A DNA stretch of 34,156 nucleotides, from contig NC_068984.1 of assembly GCF_001194135.2 (NCBI RefSeq), positions 121,891,012 through 121,925,167 on the forward strand, read 5' to 3'. The notes below the pieces were generated by a model. It was not told the DNA's origin and made no database searches. It saw only the letters and a list, made by a program, of their open reading frames with translations. Made by a program: the position numbers and the translations under genes. Position 1 is the stretch's first letter. Every line of letters begins with the position of its first letter. The DNA comes from Octopus bimaculoides (lineage: Eukaryota). This document shows, in pieces, positions 12,203 to 22,232 of the stretch.

Positions 12203-12391
12203 TTAAGATTTGACAGGTACTCTAGGAGCAGAGATACCAAAGTTCTCCTTTAAGAACTGAAGTACAGATGACGTGCTGGCTAAAGATGCAAAGACTGTCT
12301 GTTCAGCACGGCTCATTGCTTTTTGTAACATAAATGTTAGATGATGGTGGAAACACTGGAATGATGTTCCAGTTGACAGTGCCAGATATAT
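12203..12391 (-). CDS. DUS4L: tRNA-dihydrouridine(20a/20b) synthase-like, last coding exon
   Basis: ttttgattag|ATA TAT... translates IYLALSTGTSFQCFHHHLTFMLQKAMSRAEQTVFASLASTSSVLQFLKENFGISAPRVPVKS*, matching the DUS4L C-terminus (CFHQHL..M...STS...L...GI). Not present in the supplied ORF track. Confidence 0.92.
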   Translation of the reverse strand: MYLALSTGTSFQCFHHHLTFMLQKAMSRAEQTVFASLASTSSVLQFLKENFGISAPRVPVKS

Positions 12392-12488
12392 CTAATCAAA
12401 AGAAAAGAAATAGAATCATAGTTACAGTGATAAGTCTTTGGGGTATGTTAACATTAAGATGTAGAGGAAGATAGTCTAGTATTTAAAT

Positions 12489-12818
12489 CAGTGGTTCTCA
12501 ACGGGCGTCTATGTATAAGATTTTTTGGAGGTTCACACAGCAAAATAGTAAATTGGAGATCCACAATAATATTTTAAAGGCCCCTGAAAAGATTTTGATT
12601 TAGATGTATTGATATTTATTGCAAAAAGAAAAAAAAGCCAGGTTTCCTTCTAAAAGGATGGTTACAGCCTACACAAGTTAATATGTGAAAAACAAAATAG
12701 GAATTTTGAAAGAAGTATCTATAAAACTAGTTTTTAAACCAGCGAATGGCTATGGGGTTTCACAGAATAAAATAAAGGGGGTCCATGGGTAAAAAAAAAA
12801 AATGGTTAAGAACCCTTG
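12489..12818. mobile_element. hAT (Charlie-like) MITE
   Basis: Left TIR CAGTGGTTCTCAAC and degenerate right TIR GGTTAAGAACCCTTG. Flanking 8-mers atttaaat / acttagat match 6/8, consistent with a decayed 8-bp TSD. Confidence 0.65.
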
Positions 12819-12849
12819 ACTTAGATGTATTGAGGTGTAGAGTAGAATT

Positions 12850-13070
12850 ATAGAACAAAGGAGAGAATCATGAAGAAGCAGAAGAGATATTAGTGACATA
12901 GTAGCAGAGGCATGGGAGAGATCAGTGATATGACAGCAAAAAGTGGGGTATTAGTGATAGGGTAGTAGGGAGCAGAAGAAGGGGAAGTGACATGACAGCA
13001 GGGGTCAATGACATGACACTAGGAATAGGAGAAATGTTAATGGCAGAAAAGGTGGGGTCAGTGACATTAT
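12850..13070. repeat. Degenerate purine-rich minisatellite
   Basis: Recurrent (t)agtgacatgacagcag..gggg motif at roughly 25-35 bp spacing. Confidence 0.45.
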
Positions 13071-13404
13071 TCTATTAGGACCAAGACAGGGCTAAACAAC
13101 AACATAAAGGCTTTTTACAGTAGTTCAAAAATAGTGTGGCACTTGCTTTTTATTTATTGTAGTTATAGAAATGAATATGTTATGAGAAATAATGTGACCA
13201 GGCAAAAAAATACAAAAAATGCACACTAACAAAGACAACTAGTTCCCTCCCCCCTTCTCCCCATTAGCCTTTCTATACAGGCTATGGACTGATCATTCCC
13301 TCTGTAACACTAAATTTTAATTACAAGATTGTACTTTTCATCTTCTGTTGGCATGGGTTAACTAGGTCTACCACCTCAAGTATTTCTGTGAACTTTTGAA
13401 CATT

Positions 13405-13615
13405 TTGAACCTTTCCATACCAACAAGCTTCAGACTACCCCTGGCACAAACCTTCTCTTTTAAAGTGAAAATCTATTATCAAAAGTCAGGTTATGTTCTA
13501 AACACCAACTTAACAATAACGAAGTTATTTTAATAAACTCTTCGAAATTAACTGAAACAAGGGCAGTGTATTTCAACCGAAATATTGTAACAAAGGTGGG
13601 GTTAAAGCTGGATTT
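13405..13615. mobile_element. Degenerate TTAA-flanked MITE (second family); related fragment at about 5183-5295
   Basis: Shares ...aagttattttactaaa... and gtatttcaac(a/c)gaaatat(g/t)gt with 5183-5295. Ends in ...ggggttaa. Confidence 0.45.
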
Positions 13616-13780
13616 GTTGATGTAACAACAACCAGTTATTTATGAAACGAAAGTATACCATGACAGATTGAGACAAGGAAGAGTTATGTACCTTCTATAG
13701 GGTTTCACGTGACATACACTTATTCTTTTCTACTGGAAGCGCAAGGCCTCAAATTTGGGGGAAGGGATTAAGTCGATTAC

Positions 13781-14170
13781 AGTGGTGAAGACTGTAGTGA
13801 TGGTTGTGGTGACAGCTGTGATTGTGATGGTGGTTGTGGTATGGTTGTTGGTAGTGGTGGTGGTGGTATGGTTGTTGATAGTGGTGGTTGTGGGTGAAGT
13901 TGTGATGGTGACAACAACGGAATACCATGCTTGATGTGGTTTTGGTTGTAATGTTGGTGGTGGTGGTTATGGATGAAGTTGTGGTGATAGTGAGAGCAAT
14001 TGTGACAACAATGGAATACCATGCTTAAAGTAGTAGTGGTTGTGGTTGTGATGCTGGTGGTGATTGTGGTGGTGGTGATGATGTGATTGTTGGCAGTAGT
14101 GGTTATGGTGGTTATAGGTGAAGCTGTGATGGTAGTGGAGGCAATGGTGATAACAATGGTGTACCCATGC
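13781..14170. repeat. (GGT/TGG)-rich compound satellite
   Basis: About three copies of gtgaagttgtg(a/g)t...acaacaa(c/t)ggaataccatgctt embedded in GGT repeats. Confidence 0.7.
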
Positions 14171-14248
14171 CTTTGCCTAACTGAGGATCAAATGCATGCA
14201 GCAGTATGACAGTCTGGACATGAAAGACACTTTAATACATGTGTTGTA

Positions 14249-14555
14249 GGATTTTCGAGCGAGATCGTTGCCGGTGCCCCTGGGCTGGCTCTTGTGCGGG
14301 TGACACATGAGGTTTCTCGAGCGAGATGAGCGTGGCCGTTGCCAGTACCGCCTGACTGGCCTTCGTGCGGGTGACACGTAAAAGCACCCACTACACTCTC
14401 TGAGTGGTTGGCGTTAGGAAGGGCATCCAGCTGTAGAAACTCTGCCAAATCAGATTGGAGCCTGGTGTAGCCATCTGGTTTCACCAGTCCTCAGTCAAAT
14501 CGTCCAACCCATGCTAGCATGGAAAGCGGATGTTAAACGACGACGACGACGACGA
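14249..14555 (+). mobile_element. Young family C copy with (GAC)n tail, antisense within a DUS4L intron
   Basis: Very close to 1-291, including the start attttcgagcgagatcgttgcc. Ends about 55 nt from the 14611 donor site. Confidence 0.85.
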
Positions 14556-14610
14556 GACATAATACTGATTTAGTAGGGAATAAAGAGAGAAATGGATAGT
14601 GTTCACTTAC

Positions 14611-14696
14611 CCAGTCTTTAACACATTCTTCTGGAGTTGACTGGTAACCAGCAAACATAGATGGGTTGGATAGGATACCACGAGCAGCCATTATAC
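14611..14696 (-). CDS. DUS4L: DUS4L coding exon (phase 1 to phase 0)
   Basis: ttctag|GT ATA ATG...GAC TGG|gtaagt translates (G)IMAARGILSNPSMFAGYQSTPEECVKDW, matching GVMVARGLLANPAMFAGY. Confidence 0.95.
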
Positions 14697-14804
14697 CTAG
14701 AAAATCAAATAATAAATACATCTTTGTCAATTGTACAATTTAATGAATAGTAATGAGTAATGCCCCTTCCCCTCTCAGAATTTGTTGTCTTGCAAGTTAT
14801 TTGG

Positions 14805-15107
14805 TGACCCTGCTGGTGCTGGTGCCATGTAAAAAGCATCCAGTCTACACTGTGAAGTGGTTGGCATTTGGAAGGACATCCAGCTGTAAAAACCATGCCG
14901 AAACTGACCTTGCCTGTATTGGTGTCACATAAAAAGGACTCAGTCCACTCTATGGGGTGGTTGGTATTAGGAAGGATATCCAGCCGTAAAACCCATGCCA
15001 AAAGAGACACAGTAGCCTGGTGTAGTCTTCTACCTGGCCAGCTCCTCTCATACTGTCCAACTCATGCCAGCATAGAAGACAAATGTTAAATGATGATGAT
15101 GATGATG
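14805..15107 (+). mobile_element. Older family C copy with an internal duplication and (GAT)n tail
   Basis: Two successive gtggttgg..ttggaagga(c/t)atccagc.gtaaaa.ccatgcc blocks. Confidence 0.7.
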
Positions 15108-15139
15108 AATACTAAGTTAAATTCTTGAGATGAGTTTTC

Positions 15140-15430
15140 ATTATCATCATCATTATCATTGATTTGATTCAGGTTCATTCTTATTCTAAGTAGAATTTAT
15201 GTGGGTAGTGGGTTACTACCTGTAACCTTAGGTACAGACACTCTTTCAATAGTCTTCCAAGTACTCAAGACCCTCCTGATATTCTTTCCTGTCCCTAAGA
15301 GGCAAACTTTCTGTAGAAGCTCTACAGAGCATTCTAATCCAATCTCCTTCAATTTATATCTTAGCTTACAGTTCCCAATGCACCAATTATTATAGGCACA
15401 ACCTTTACAATCTTCATATTCCAAATTCTT
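15140..15430 (-). mobile_element. 3' end of an RLE-type non-LTR retrotransposon
   Basis: Translation ...LKEIGLECSVELLQKVCLLGTGKNIRRVLST resembles the LQK..LLGT..I.R.VL C-terminus of restriction-like-endonuclease LINEs. Confidence 0.6.
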
Positions 15431-15516
15431 ACAATTTCAAATCTTAAGGGATAGTATTTTTTTTTTGTCTTTCGTCTTCTTTATTTACAATCCTGGAATC
15501 ATGATTATTATTGTTA

Positions 15517-15648
15517 TTGGACTCTGCCTTTCAACCTTTCGGAGTAGATAAAAAAGCATACCAGTTGAGCACTGGGGTCAATGTAATTGACCTACCCACT
15601 CCCTCAAACATGCTGGCCTTGTGCCAAAATTTGAAACTACTACTACTA

Positions 15649-15699
<51 letters not shown>

Positions 15700-16150
15700 T
15701 TATTATTATTATTATTATGGCAGAAAGCTAGCAGAATTGCTAACACACTGGAAAAAATGCTTAGTGGCATGTTGCATGCCTTTACATTCTGAGTTCAAAT
15801 TCCATTGGAGTTGGCTCTGCCTTTCATCCTTTTGGACTCAATAAAATAAGTACCAGTTGAGTGCTTGGGTCAACGTAATCTTCTTACTGCCTCCCCTGAA
15901 ATTGCTGAGCTTGCATCAAAATTTGTAACAACAACAACAACAACAACAACTACTACTACTACTACTACTACTACTACTGCGTCGTCGTCGTCGTCATCAT
16001 CATCATGAGGGTGGTGGAAGGCAATTTACTTTTCATCTTTCTGAGATTGATAAAACAAATACCAATGAGGTACTGAGATTGATTTCATTGACTTATAGCT
16101 CACCCTTTCATAATTTCAGGCTTTGTGCCAATGTTTGGAAGTATTATTAT
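15517..16150 (+). mobile_element. Three head-to-tail family B SINEs separated by trinucleotide tracts
   Basis: The gcctttcatcctttcggggtcgataaaataagtaccag-like core recurs at about 15525, 15818 and 16028. (TAC)n(TAT)n and (AAC)(TAC)(GTC)(CAT) tracts lie between the copies. Confidence 0.75.
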
Positions 16151-16184
16151 TACAGACGAAAGCTTTTGTGCATAGTGAGATGGC

Positions 16185-16695
16185 TTCTTCAAATGCTCAG
16201 AAGACTCCCTAGAAGTATGTGGTAGCTTCTGTTCATCAACAGTGGAAGAGAATGCTCCAAAAGCAAAACTTTCATTACTTTCTTTCCAAACCTTCCTTGG
16301 TTTCCCTTTTCTTGAATTACTAGGTATTCCTTTATTGAAACGCCAACCTCTATATGAACCCCACGTCTGAACCAGTACAGTTTTGTCTCCTGAAAGCTGC
16401 ATCTGATTCATCTTGTACCTGGTTTTTGCTTCAGCTCATTTATGCTTCTGTCAATCATGTACATACACTAACATATATTCAGAGAGCATGATTGCTTCGT
16501 TTTAACAGAAGGAACCTGTGGAAGCAGGAGACTGATGTAGACACAAAAGAAGCGATGACAGCTGATCTCAAGCTGCTAAACCTCAGGAAGGAGATGACAA
16601 AGGGCTACAACAAACAGTGAGGAAGTCCCATCCAACTCAAGCATAACAAAAATAATGACGACAATGATGATGATGATGATGGTGATGGTGATGGC
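16185..16695. mobile_element. Rearranged RTE ORF2 3' remnant (+ / - / + segments) with (GAT)n tail
   Basis: Plus: KCSEDSLEVCGSFC. Minus: NEAIML...SINELKQKPGTR*IRCSFQETKLYWF...KGKPRKVWKE. Plus: EGTCG...ADLKLLNLRKEMTK. Confidence 0.55.
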
Positions 16696-16829
16696 AGAAA
16701 CATTCCAGGGTTTAAATCTCATCTCTTTAAGAGTCTAATAAAAACAACGTTTTTGAACAATTTAGTCTCAATTTCTCATCAGGTGTCAATACCTATGTAG
16801 ATGTGCTTGAGCTGGGATTGAACTAATAT

Positions 16830-17042
16830 ATATTGGTTTCAAGTTTTGGCACAAGGCAAGCAATTTCAGGGGAGGGGGCCAAGTCAATTAAATCACTCTC
16901 AGGGTTCAACTCATACTTATTTTACTGACCCCAAAAGGGCAAAAGGCAAAGTTGGCATTTGAACCCAGAATATAAAGACAGACAAAATGCCGCTAAGCAT
17001 TTTACCTGGCGTGCTAATGATCCTGTCAGCTTGCTGCCTTAT
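16830..17042 (-). mobile_element. Family B SINE, reverse orientation
   Basis: Reverse complement of 29715-29927. Confidence 0.75.
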
Positions 17043-17206
17043 TGAGCTATAAATATTAAAGATCCATGAGTGCAATTCTACTCCAAGTACCTGTACATAT
17101 ACCTGGCACCTGATGAGTAACAGAAGCTCTCTTTCTCTTTCAATATCCTCTTCTGTTTAACATAAATATTACTCCACGACATAAGAAATATTGTACACAT
17201 AACACT

Positions 17207-17430
17207 GGTCCATTAGCATTTAAACTGGCCAAATTTAGCTCAAATATTCTACATGTTTTACATTCAAACTGGCTACATCTAACCTCTCTTACCTAGCCTA
17301 CAATAGCATTCTAAAAATAAACAATCACATCACTGAAGCCTCAAAACTATAAGATAACACATGTTATTCAAAACAATTTGAATAAAAAAGCATTACATTT
17401 GACAGAGTAATCTGAACACTAAAGGGTTAC
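17207..17430. mobile_element. Degenerate TTAA/CCC (piggyBac-like) MITE
   Basis: Same body as 31507-31734. Ends in cactaaagggtta. Confidence 0.65.
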
Positions 17431-17569
17431 GTTAGTTTTTGGAACATAAACTCACTCCATTGATGAAAAAGGTATGTATAGGTTTTTACCAAAACTAGGG
17501 CAGAGTTAGAATAAGAAATGGCATATCATTTAATAGTGGCTGTGGTATTCCCATCATCAAATCCTGATA

Positions 17570-18066
17570 TTAACTCTTTAGCATTTAAATTGGCCATATC
17601 CAGCCCAAATATTCTATATATCTTATGTTCAAACTGACTGGTTCAGGCCTCTCATACCTACTCTACAATGTCATTCTAAAATTAACCCATAAACTGCTGG
17701 GATTTTGCTGTATGTAACACAAACTGCTGAGCCTATTTTAGGTAAAGGTCAACATCGATCTATCACTTGAAAAAAATACTCAGTGTTTCTTAACACCTTC
17801 TGTGATTGACTACACTGTTTCTGGGGTGAAAGGGTATCGTGTGCATACATTATACGTCATCAAAATTAGGTCAGATCATGCCCTACTTCCGTGGCCACGC
17901 ACGTGGCCTGTCGCGTTGGCCACTGAGGTGGCCTATCGCAGCTTATGGGTTAAACAGTTACATCCTTGAAATTTTGAAGATACAAGATAATGCAAGATTA
18001 ATACAAAACAATGTGATTGAATGAGCATTATATTTTGATAGAATAATCTGAATGCTAAAGGGTTAA
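17570..18066. mobile_element. piggyBac-like MITE TTAA-CTCTTTAGCATT...AATGCTAAAGGG-TTAA, interrupted by a second MITE
   Basis: TIRs and TTAA at both ends. The two halves rejoin when 17686-17953 is removed. Confidence 0.8.
17686..17949. mobile_element. 264-bp piggyBac-like MITE nested at a TTAA site
   Basis: TTAA|CCCATAAACTGC...GCAGCTTATGGG|TTAA. TIR match is 11/12; TTAA at 17682-17685 and 17950-17953. Confidence 0.8.
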
Positions 18067-18444
18067 ATCTAATATTGCAACCAGCTAGATCCTCCATTAA
18101 GTTGTAAAATCTATGTCTTTTCACAGAGCACCTTTGATACAATGCAGTTCTGTAACTTGATTTCTGTGAATCAAAAGAATGGTTGGGTTTTATACATAAC
18201 TTTCCCAGATCAAATCTGTAATAAATTATTTTGAATGTCATGCTATCAGTTAAGGAAGTTTATACTCCTGCAATTAGCTATTTAGTATTTATTCTTTGTG
18301 GCTAATGAACTTCAAGTTGTAAATTGTAAAAGAGGGTAATGTCCAGTGTCAATTTCTTCTTTGTTTTTGTTATTTATGCTTTACTACAAAAGAACAAAAT
18401 TACGTCAATGCAAAAGTAAACATTGTTTTAAGAGGGAGGAGAAA

Positions 18445-18503
18445 GAGGGAAAAAGGAGGAGAGAGAGAGAGAGAGGGAAGAGGGAGGAGAGAGAGAGAGA
18501 GAC

Positions 18504-18541
<38 letters not shown>
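18445..18541. repeat. (GA)n purine microsatellite
   Basis: Direct reading of the sequence. Confidence 0.95.
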
Positions 18542-18543
<2 letters not shown>

Positions 18544-18936
18544 TAACAGTTGAAAAATTGCTTCAGTCAGTACAGTTCCTAAGGTCTGACCTATGAACAT
18601 CACCTGAAATCTGTTTTTGTCTGCCTCTACTAATCTGCAGTACTTTTCCACTAATTGTAAACAAGCCAGTTGGGGAAGTAACAACATGGCTGCTCAACCT
18701 GCTGGAAATAGCAATGAAACATCGCTCAAATCATATGCTGCTGTGTTAAAAAAAAGTAGATCACATTGAATAATGTAATCCTGGATATATAAAGGGATAG
18801 AATAGTAAGGCTGGAAAGCCCTTGATTTTAGGTCTGCTTGGTCAGTTTGACCTGGGGTTAAACAACGACAGTCAGCTGTTTACTACACACAATCACTTTC
18901 TTCAACAAGACTCAGAGACTGATCAGTTGTTCTTAC

Positions 18937-19145
18937 CGTTTGCTTTAGTTTCTTTGTGAATCTTTTTGGCTCCTTCAAGAGATTTTACGTCACCGTTGGC
19001 AATGACTGGAATATTTACACTGCTTTTAATCAGTTGAATTGCTTCATTGTTCACTGGTTCACCTCTCTGTTCAGGTGTACGTCCATGAACAGCTAACCAA
19101 GATAATCCAGCATGTTCCATTTTACGACAAAATTCAACAGTTTCC
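18937..19145 (-). CDS. DUS4L: DUS4L coding exon (phase 2 to phase 1)
   Basis: ttttag|G GAA ACT...AAC G|gtaaga translates ETVEFCRKMEHAGLSWLAVHGRTPEQRGEPVNNEAIQLIKSSVNIPVIANGDVKSLEGAKKIHKETKAN. Contains the DUS motifs VHGRT and IPVIANGD. Confidence 0.96.
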
Positions 19146-19242
19146 CTAAAACAAAAAATAAAAAAAAGGAAATGAATATAATAAACAAGTTTTGAAAGTA
19201 TTCCTTTTAATTTTAGAAACTGACTGTCAACAAAATCACAAT

Positions 19243-19865
19243 AGCTACCCCAAGAAAACTGTCCTCCGTAGTTGGTGATCCCCACAAAACACTGCAGCTG
19301 TATCTGCATCCATTCTACAAAACCCTCTACCACTGTAACTGTCTCCAACACAACTGACAACAGCAGAAGCTAGTAAAGGAGAAAAAGGAGTAAAGACCCC
19401 TTTCGGTCACGAATGACCATGGGACTGCACCAAGAAGGTTACCCTCCTAGGCACAATTCTGGGCAAGCTTGTTTAAGGAAGACCAGCAGTTGCCCATGCA
19501 AATCAGCCACCCCTCTCCACTGATGTTATCCAAGGGAAACCATACGGGCTGATACAGCTTGGCACCAATGACACCGCAACTCATACCTATAGCTGAATGA
19601 ACTAGAGCAATGGGAAATAATGTTTTGTTCAAGAACACAACACACAACCTGGTCCAGGAATTGAACTCAGTTACTCTCCCAAAATTTTCACTGTAGTAGC
19701 CGACTGCCCACAAAACAGCTGACACTTGAAGCTGGTCACACAGACAGTTCACTGCAGTAGTTGGTTGCCCACAAAAAAAAAGCTCACAGCTGTAGCTGGT
19801 CATTCAAACAGTCTACTGCAGTAAGTAGTCCTCATGAAGACCACCCACTGCAGTAGCTGTGCCAC
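19243..19865. repeat. ~30-35 bp degenerate minisatellite (cactgcagtagctggt..cccacaaaa) split by a SINE
   Basis: Units occur at 19243-19370 and 19680-19865, on both sides of the SINE. Confidence 0.6.
19372..19672 (-). mobile_element. tRNA-headed SINE (family F), 5' truncated
   Basis: Minus strand has B-box-like gagttcaattcctgg, then gtgtgttgtgttcttgaacaaaac, and ends catggtcattcgtgaccgaaaggggtctttac. Confidence 0.6.
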
Positions 19866-19914
19866 TTTCTTTTGTTTACTGAAAATATGATATACACACA
19901 CACACACATATATA

Positions 19915-20095
19915 TATGAGAATTCACGAAAAAACAACAGACGAAGACAGGTGGTGTAAACGACAAATTGATGTATTAGTTTAATGCTCGGGAATAGAGA
20001 AAGTCTTTAACGTTTTGAGCCTACGCTCTTCAACAGAAAGGAACACAGAAAAAAACAAGGAGAGAAAAAAAATATAAGTGTAGTGGTCAGCGATC
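19915..20095 (-). mobile_element. Penelope-like terminal repeat fragment
   Basis: Contains the motif ctg.tgaagagc-n4-gctc(g>a)aaacgtt. Related segments occur at 25085-25258 and 32100-32230. Confidence 0.55.
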
Positions 20096-20259
20096 TATAT
20101 ATATATTTATTTATTGATGGGTTTCAGCCAAGTGGCTGTGGTCATGCTGGAGCACCATTATAATTGTATTTACTACATTTTATCTTTGCAATGTATAACA
20201 TAAAATTACATATATTTTTCTGTAATTTGTTTTTTTTTTTTCTTTTTCGTAATGAAATC

Positions 20260-20415
20260 ATTGGTGTTAGAAAGGGCATGCAGCTGTAGAAACCATGCCA
20301 AAGTTGACACTTGAGCCTGACACAGCTCTGCAGCTTGCCAGACCCTGTCAAACCGTCCATTGCATGCCAGCATGGAAAATGGATGTTAAAAGGATGCTAA
20401 ATGATGATGATGATG
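20260..20415 (+). mobile_element. Family C short copy
   Basis: gttagaaagggcatgcagctgtagaaaccatgcc...catgccagcatggaaaatggatgttaaa...(gat)n. Confidence 0.75.
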
Positions 20416-21277
20416 TTGCATCATTATTGTTGCCCTTTGTTTTGTCCTATCTGCTTTAGTGTTTTGATAAATAAGCCTGAGTGAACTCGATGCCTTTGAT
20501 CAGAGTACAGTAGAGCACCAATGACAACAGCAGACCACGTCACTACTCTATAACTAAAAGACAGACACTTTAACTCGTCAGTCAATGAAGCATCACAGCA
20601 ATGTGTCATGAAACAGTAAAGAGAGAATTGATTTTTATTTCTTTTTTCAAACATATACTTTGCACTACTATTTTAACTTGCAGACATAAGGTTTGTACCT
20701 TGCCAAATAAAATCAATATAATTATATGTAGTAGCGATAATGAATGCTGCCAATAGTTTGAGGAGTTAACATATCAGAACTTGCAGTCAATCAATATAGT
20801 TAAATATGTTAGTGATAATAGATTTCTGCTGTAGAGGTATGTGTTGTAGTAATTAAACTGTAAATTCAAGTAAAACAACTGTTTGAAGTTTATTTCTGTT
20901 TGAGTGCAGTATAGCGAAAGACAATATGTACAAAACACGACAAAGTATTGAACCGTTGTCAAGAAGTGAAATGCAGTACTTGATAAGAGAAATATTAATT
21001 ATCAGGGACATTTAATAATATGAAATATTCCACATTTCCGGTGAAAGACATCACTGATGCAAGTGTGTCTAGAAATGATACAGAGACTGTTCAACAGTTT
21101 CGTCACATCTAAATAATCAAGAGCTGTATACTAAAACCTAGCTTATTTTCAGTGTCAGAAAATACTACAGTACTTGCAAACCCTACAAAACATCTGACAT
21201 TAAGGATACAATTACCACATATTTCAGATGGAGTACTTACTGCACAAACACACATGCACATTACTATTCTAGAAAGA

Positions 21278-21412
21278 CATCATCATCACCATCATTGTTT
21301 TAATGGCTTCTTTTCCATGCTTGCATGGATCAGAAAGAACTCACTGAGACAGATTTTCTATAGTTGAATGCCCTTCCTGTTGAATAACCCTCACCTGTTT
21401 CCTTGGATGGAG
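21278..21412 (-). mobile_element. C2 (RTE-type) tail, reverse orientation
   Basis: (cat)n...ttccatgcttgcatggatc...gcccttcctg...ccctcacctgtttcc. Confidence 0.7.
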
Positions 21413-21499
21413 AAGCTGAATACCAACTTCCTTCAACTCACTAGACTTTTAACCTTAATCTCACCAGATATTCAGTTTGACATTCAACTGATTTCACTC

Positions 21500-21925
21500 T
21501 AAGGATATTATTATTAATATTATGGTGTGCATTTGGAATCAATGTTCTTGATACTGGATTACAATCAATTTCCTTAGATTTCGAAGACCTTTCTTACAAT
21601 CTTTACTGTTCCCAAAAGAGTAGATTTCTGAATTAATGCAACTCTGGTAGTTACACCAATCTCAATAAGGGAATTGTTAAGTCTGTTGATTAAAGTGCCT
21701 AAGGCACCGATAACAACTCGGGTTACTTTAGTAGAGACTCTCCACAGTTGTCGTATTTCCCTAGCCAAATCCTGGTATTTTCCTATTTTCTCTTGTTCTT
21801 TGACTGTTACATTCATGTCTGCAGGTATAGCCACATCTATGATGATGCTCTGTTTTTTCCATTGTCTAGAACCATGAATCTGGTCACTTGGTATGAATTT
21901 TGCAACCAGTTTGCACATTAAAATG
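21500..21925 (-). mobile_element. RLE-type LINE 3' end with restriction-like endonuclease domain
   Basis: ORF 21574-21918 reads IIIDVAIPADMNVTVKEQEKIGKYQDLAREIRQLW...VVIGALG...IQKSTLLGTVKIVRKVFEI*, the typical D..KE.EK..KY..L RLE signature. A (TAA)-like tail lies near 21505. Confidence 0.8.
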
Positions 21926-21949
21926 CCAGTTATTATTATTATTATTATT

Positions 21950-22162
21950 AGTGGTGGTGGATTAGCAGAATCATTGGTATGTGTTGGACAAAATTCCTTA
22001 AAGTAGTTCTTCCAGCCCTCTACATTTTGGGCTCACATCCCACTGAGGTCAGCTTTACCATTCATTATTTTGGGGTCAATGAAATAAAGTTTCTGTTATA
22101 TATTGGAATTGATTAAACAAACCCTTCCATCAACTCCTGGCCTTCTACATAAATTAGAAACT
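21950..22162 (+). mobile_element. Diverged family B SINE
   Basis: tagcagaatcattgg...ctttaccattcattattttggggtcaatgaaataa...ggccttctacataaattagaaac. Confidence 0.6.
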
Positions 22163-22232
22163 TTTAAGAGGGGTGGATTGGCAAAATAATTAGAACATCA
22201 ATATTTGTTCCCTCAAAATACAGAATCTCTTT

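Noticed and set aside
13777-14022. His/Pro/Gln-rich ORF
   Set aside because: It is a translation of the GGT-rich satellite.
15511-15792. Poly-Leu and poly-Ser ORFs
   Set aside because: They are the (TAC)n(TAT)n microsatellite between SINE B copies.
19146-19360. N-terminal half of ORF 18923-19360 as DUS4L coding sequence
   Set aside because: It is intronic minisatellite plus polypyrimidine tract. Homology starts exactly at the AG acceptor before 19145.
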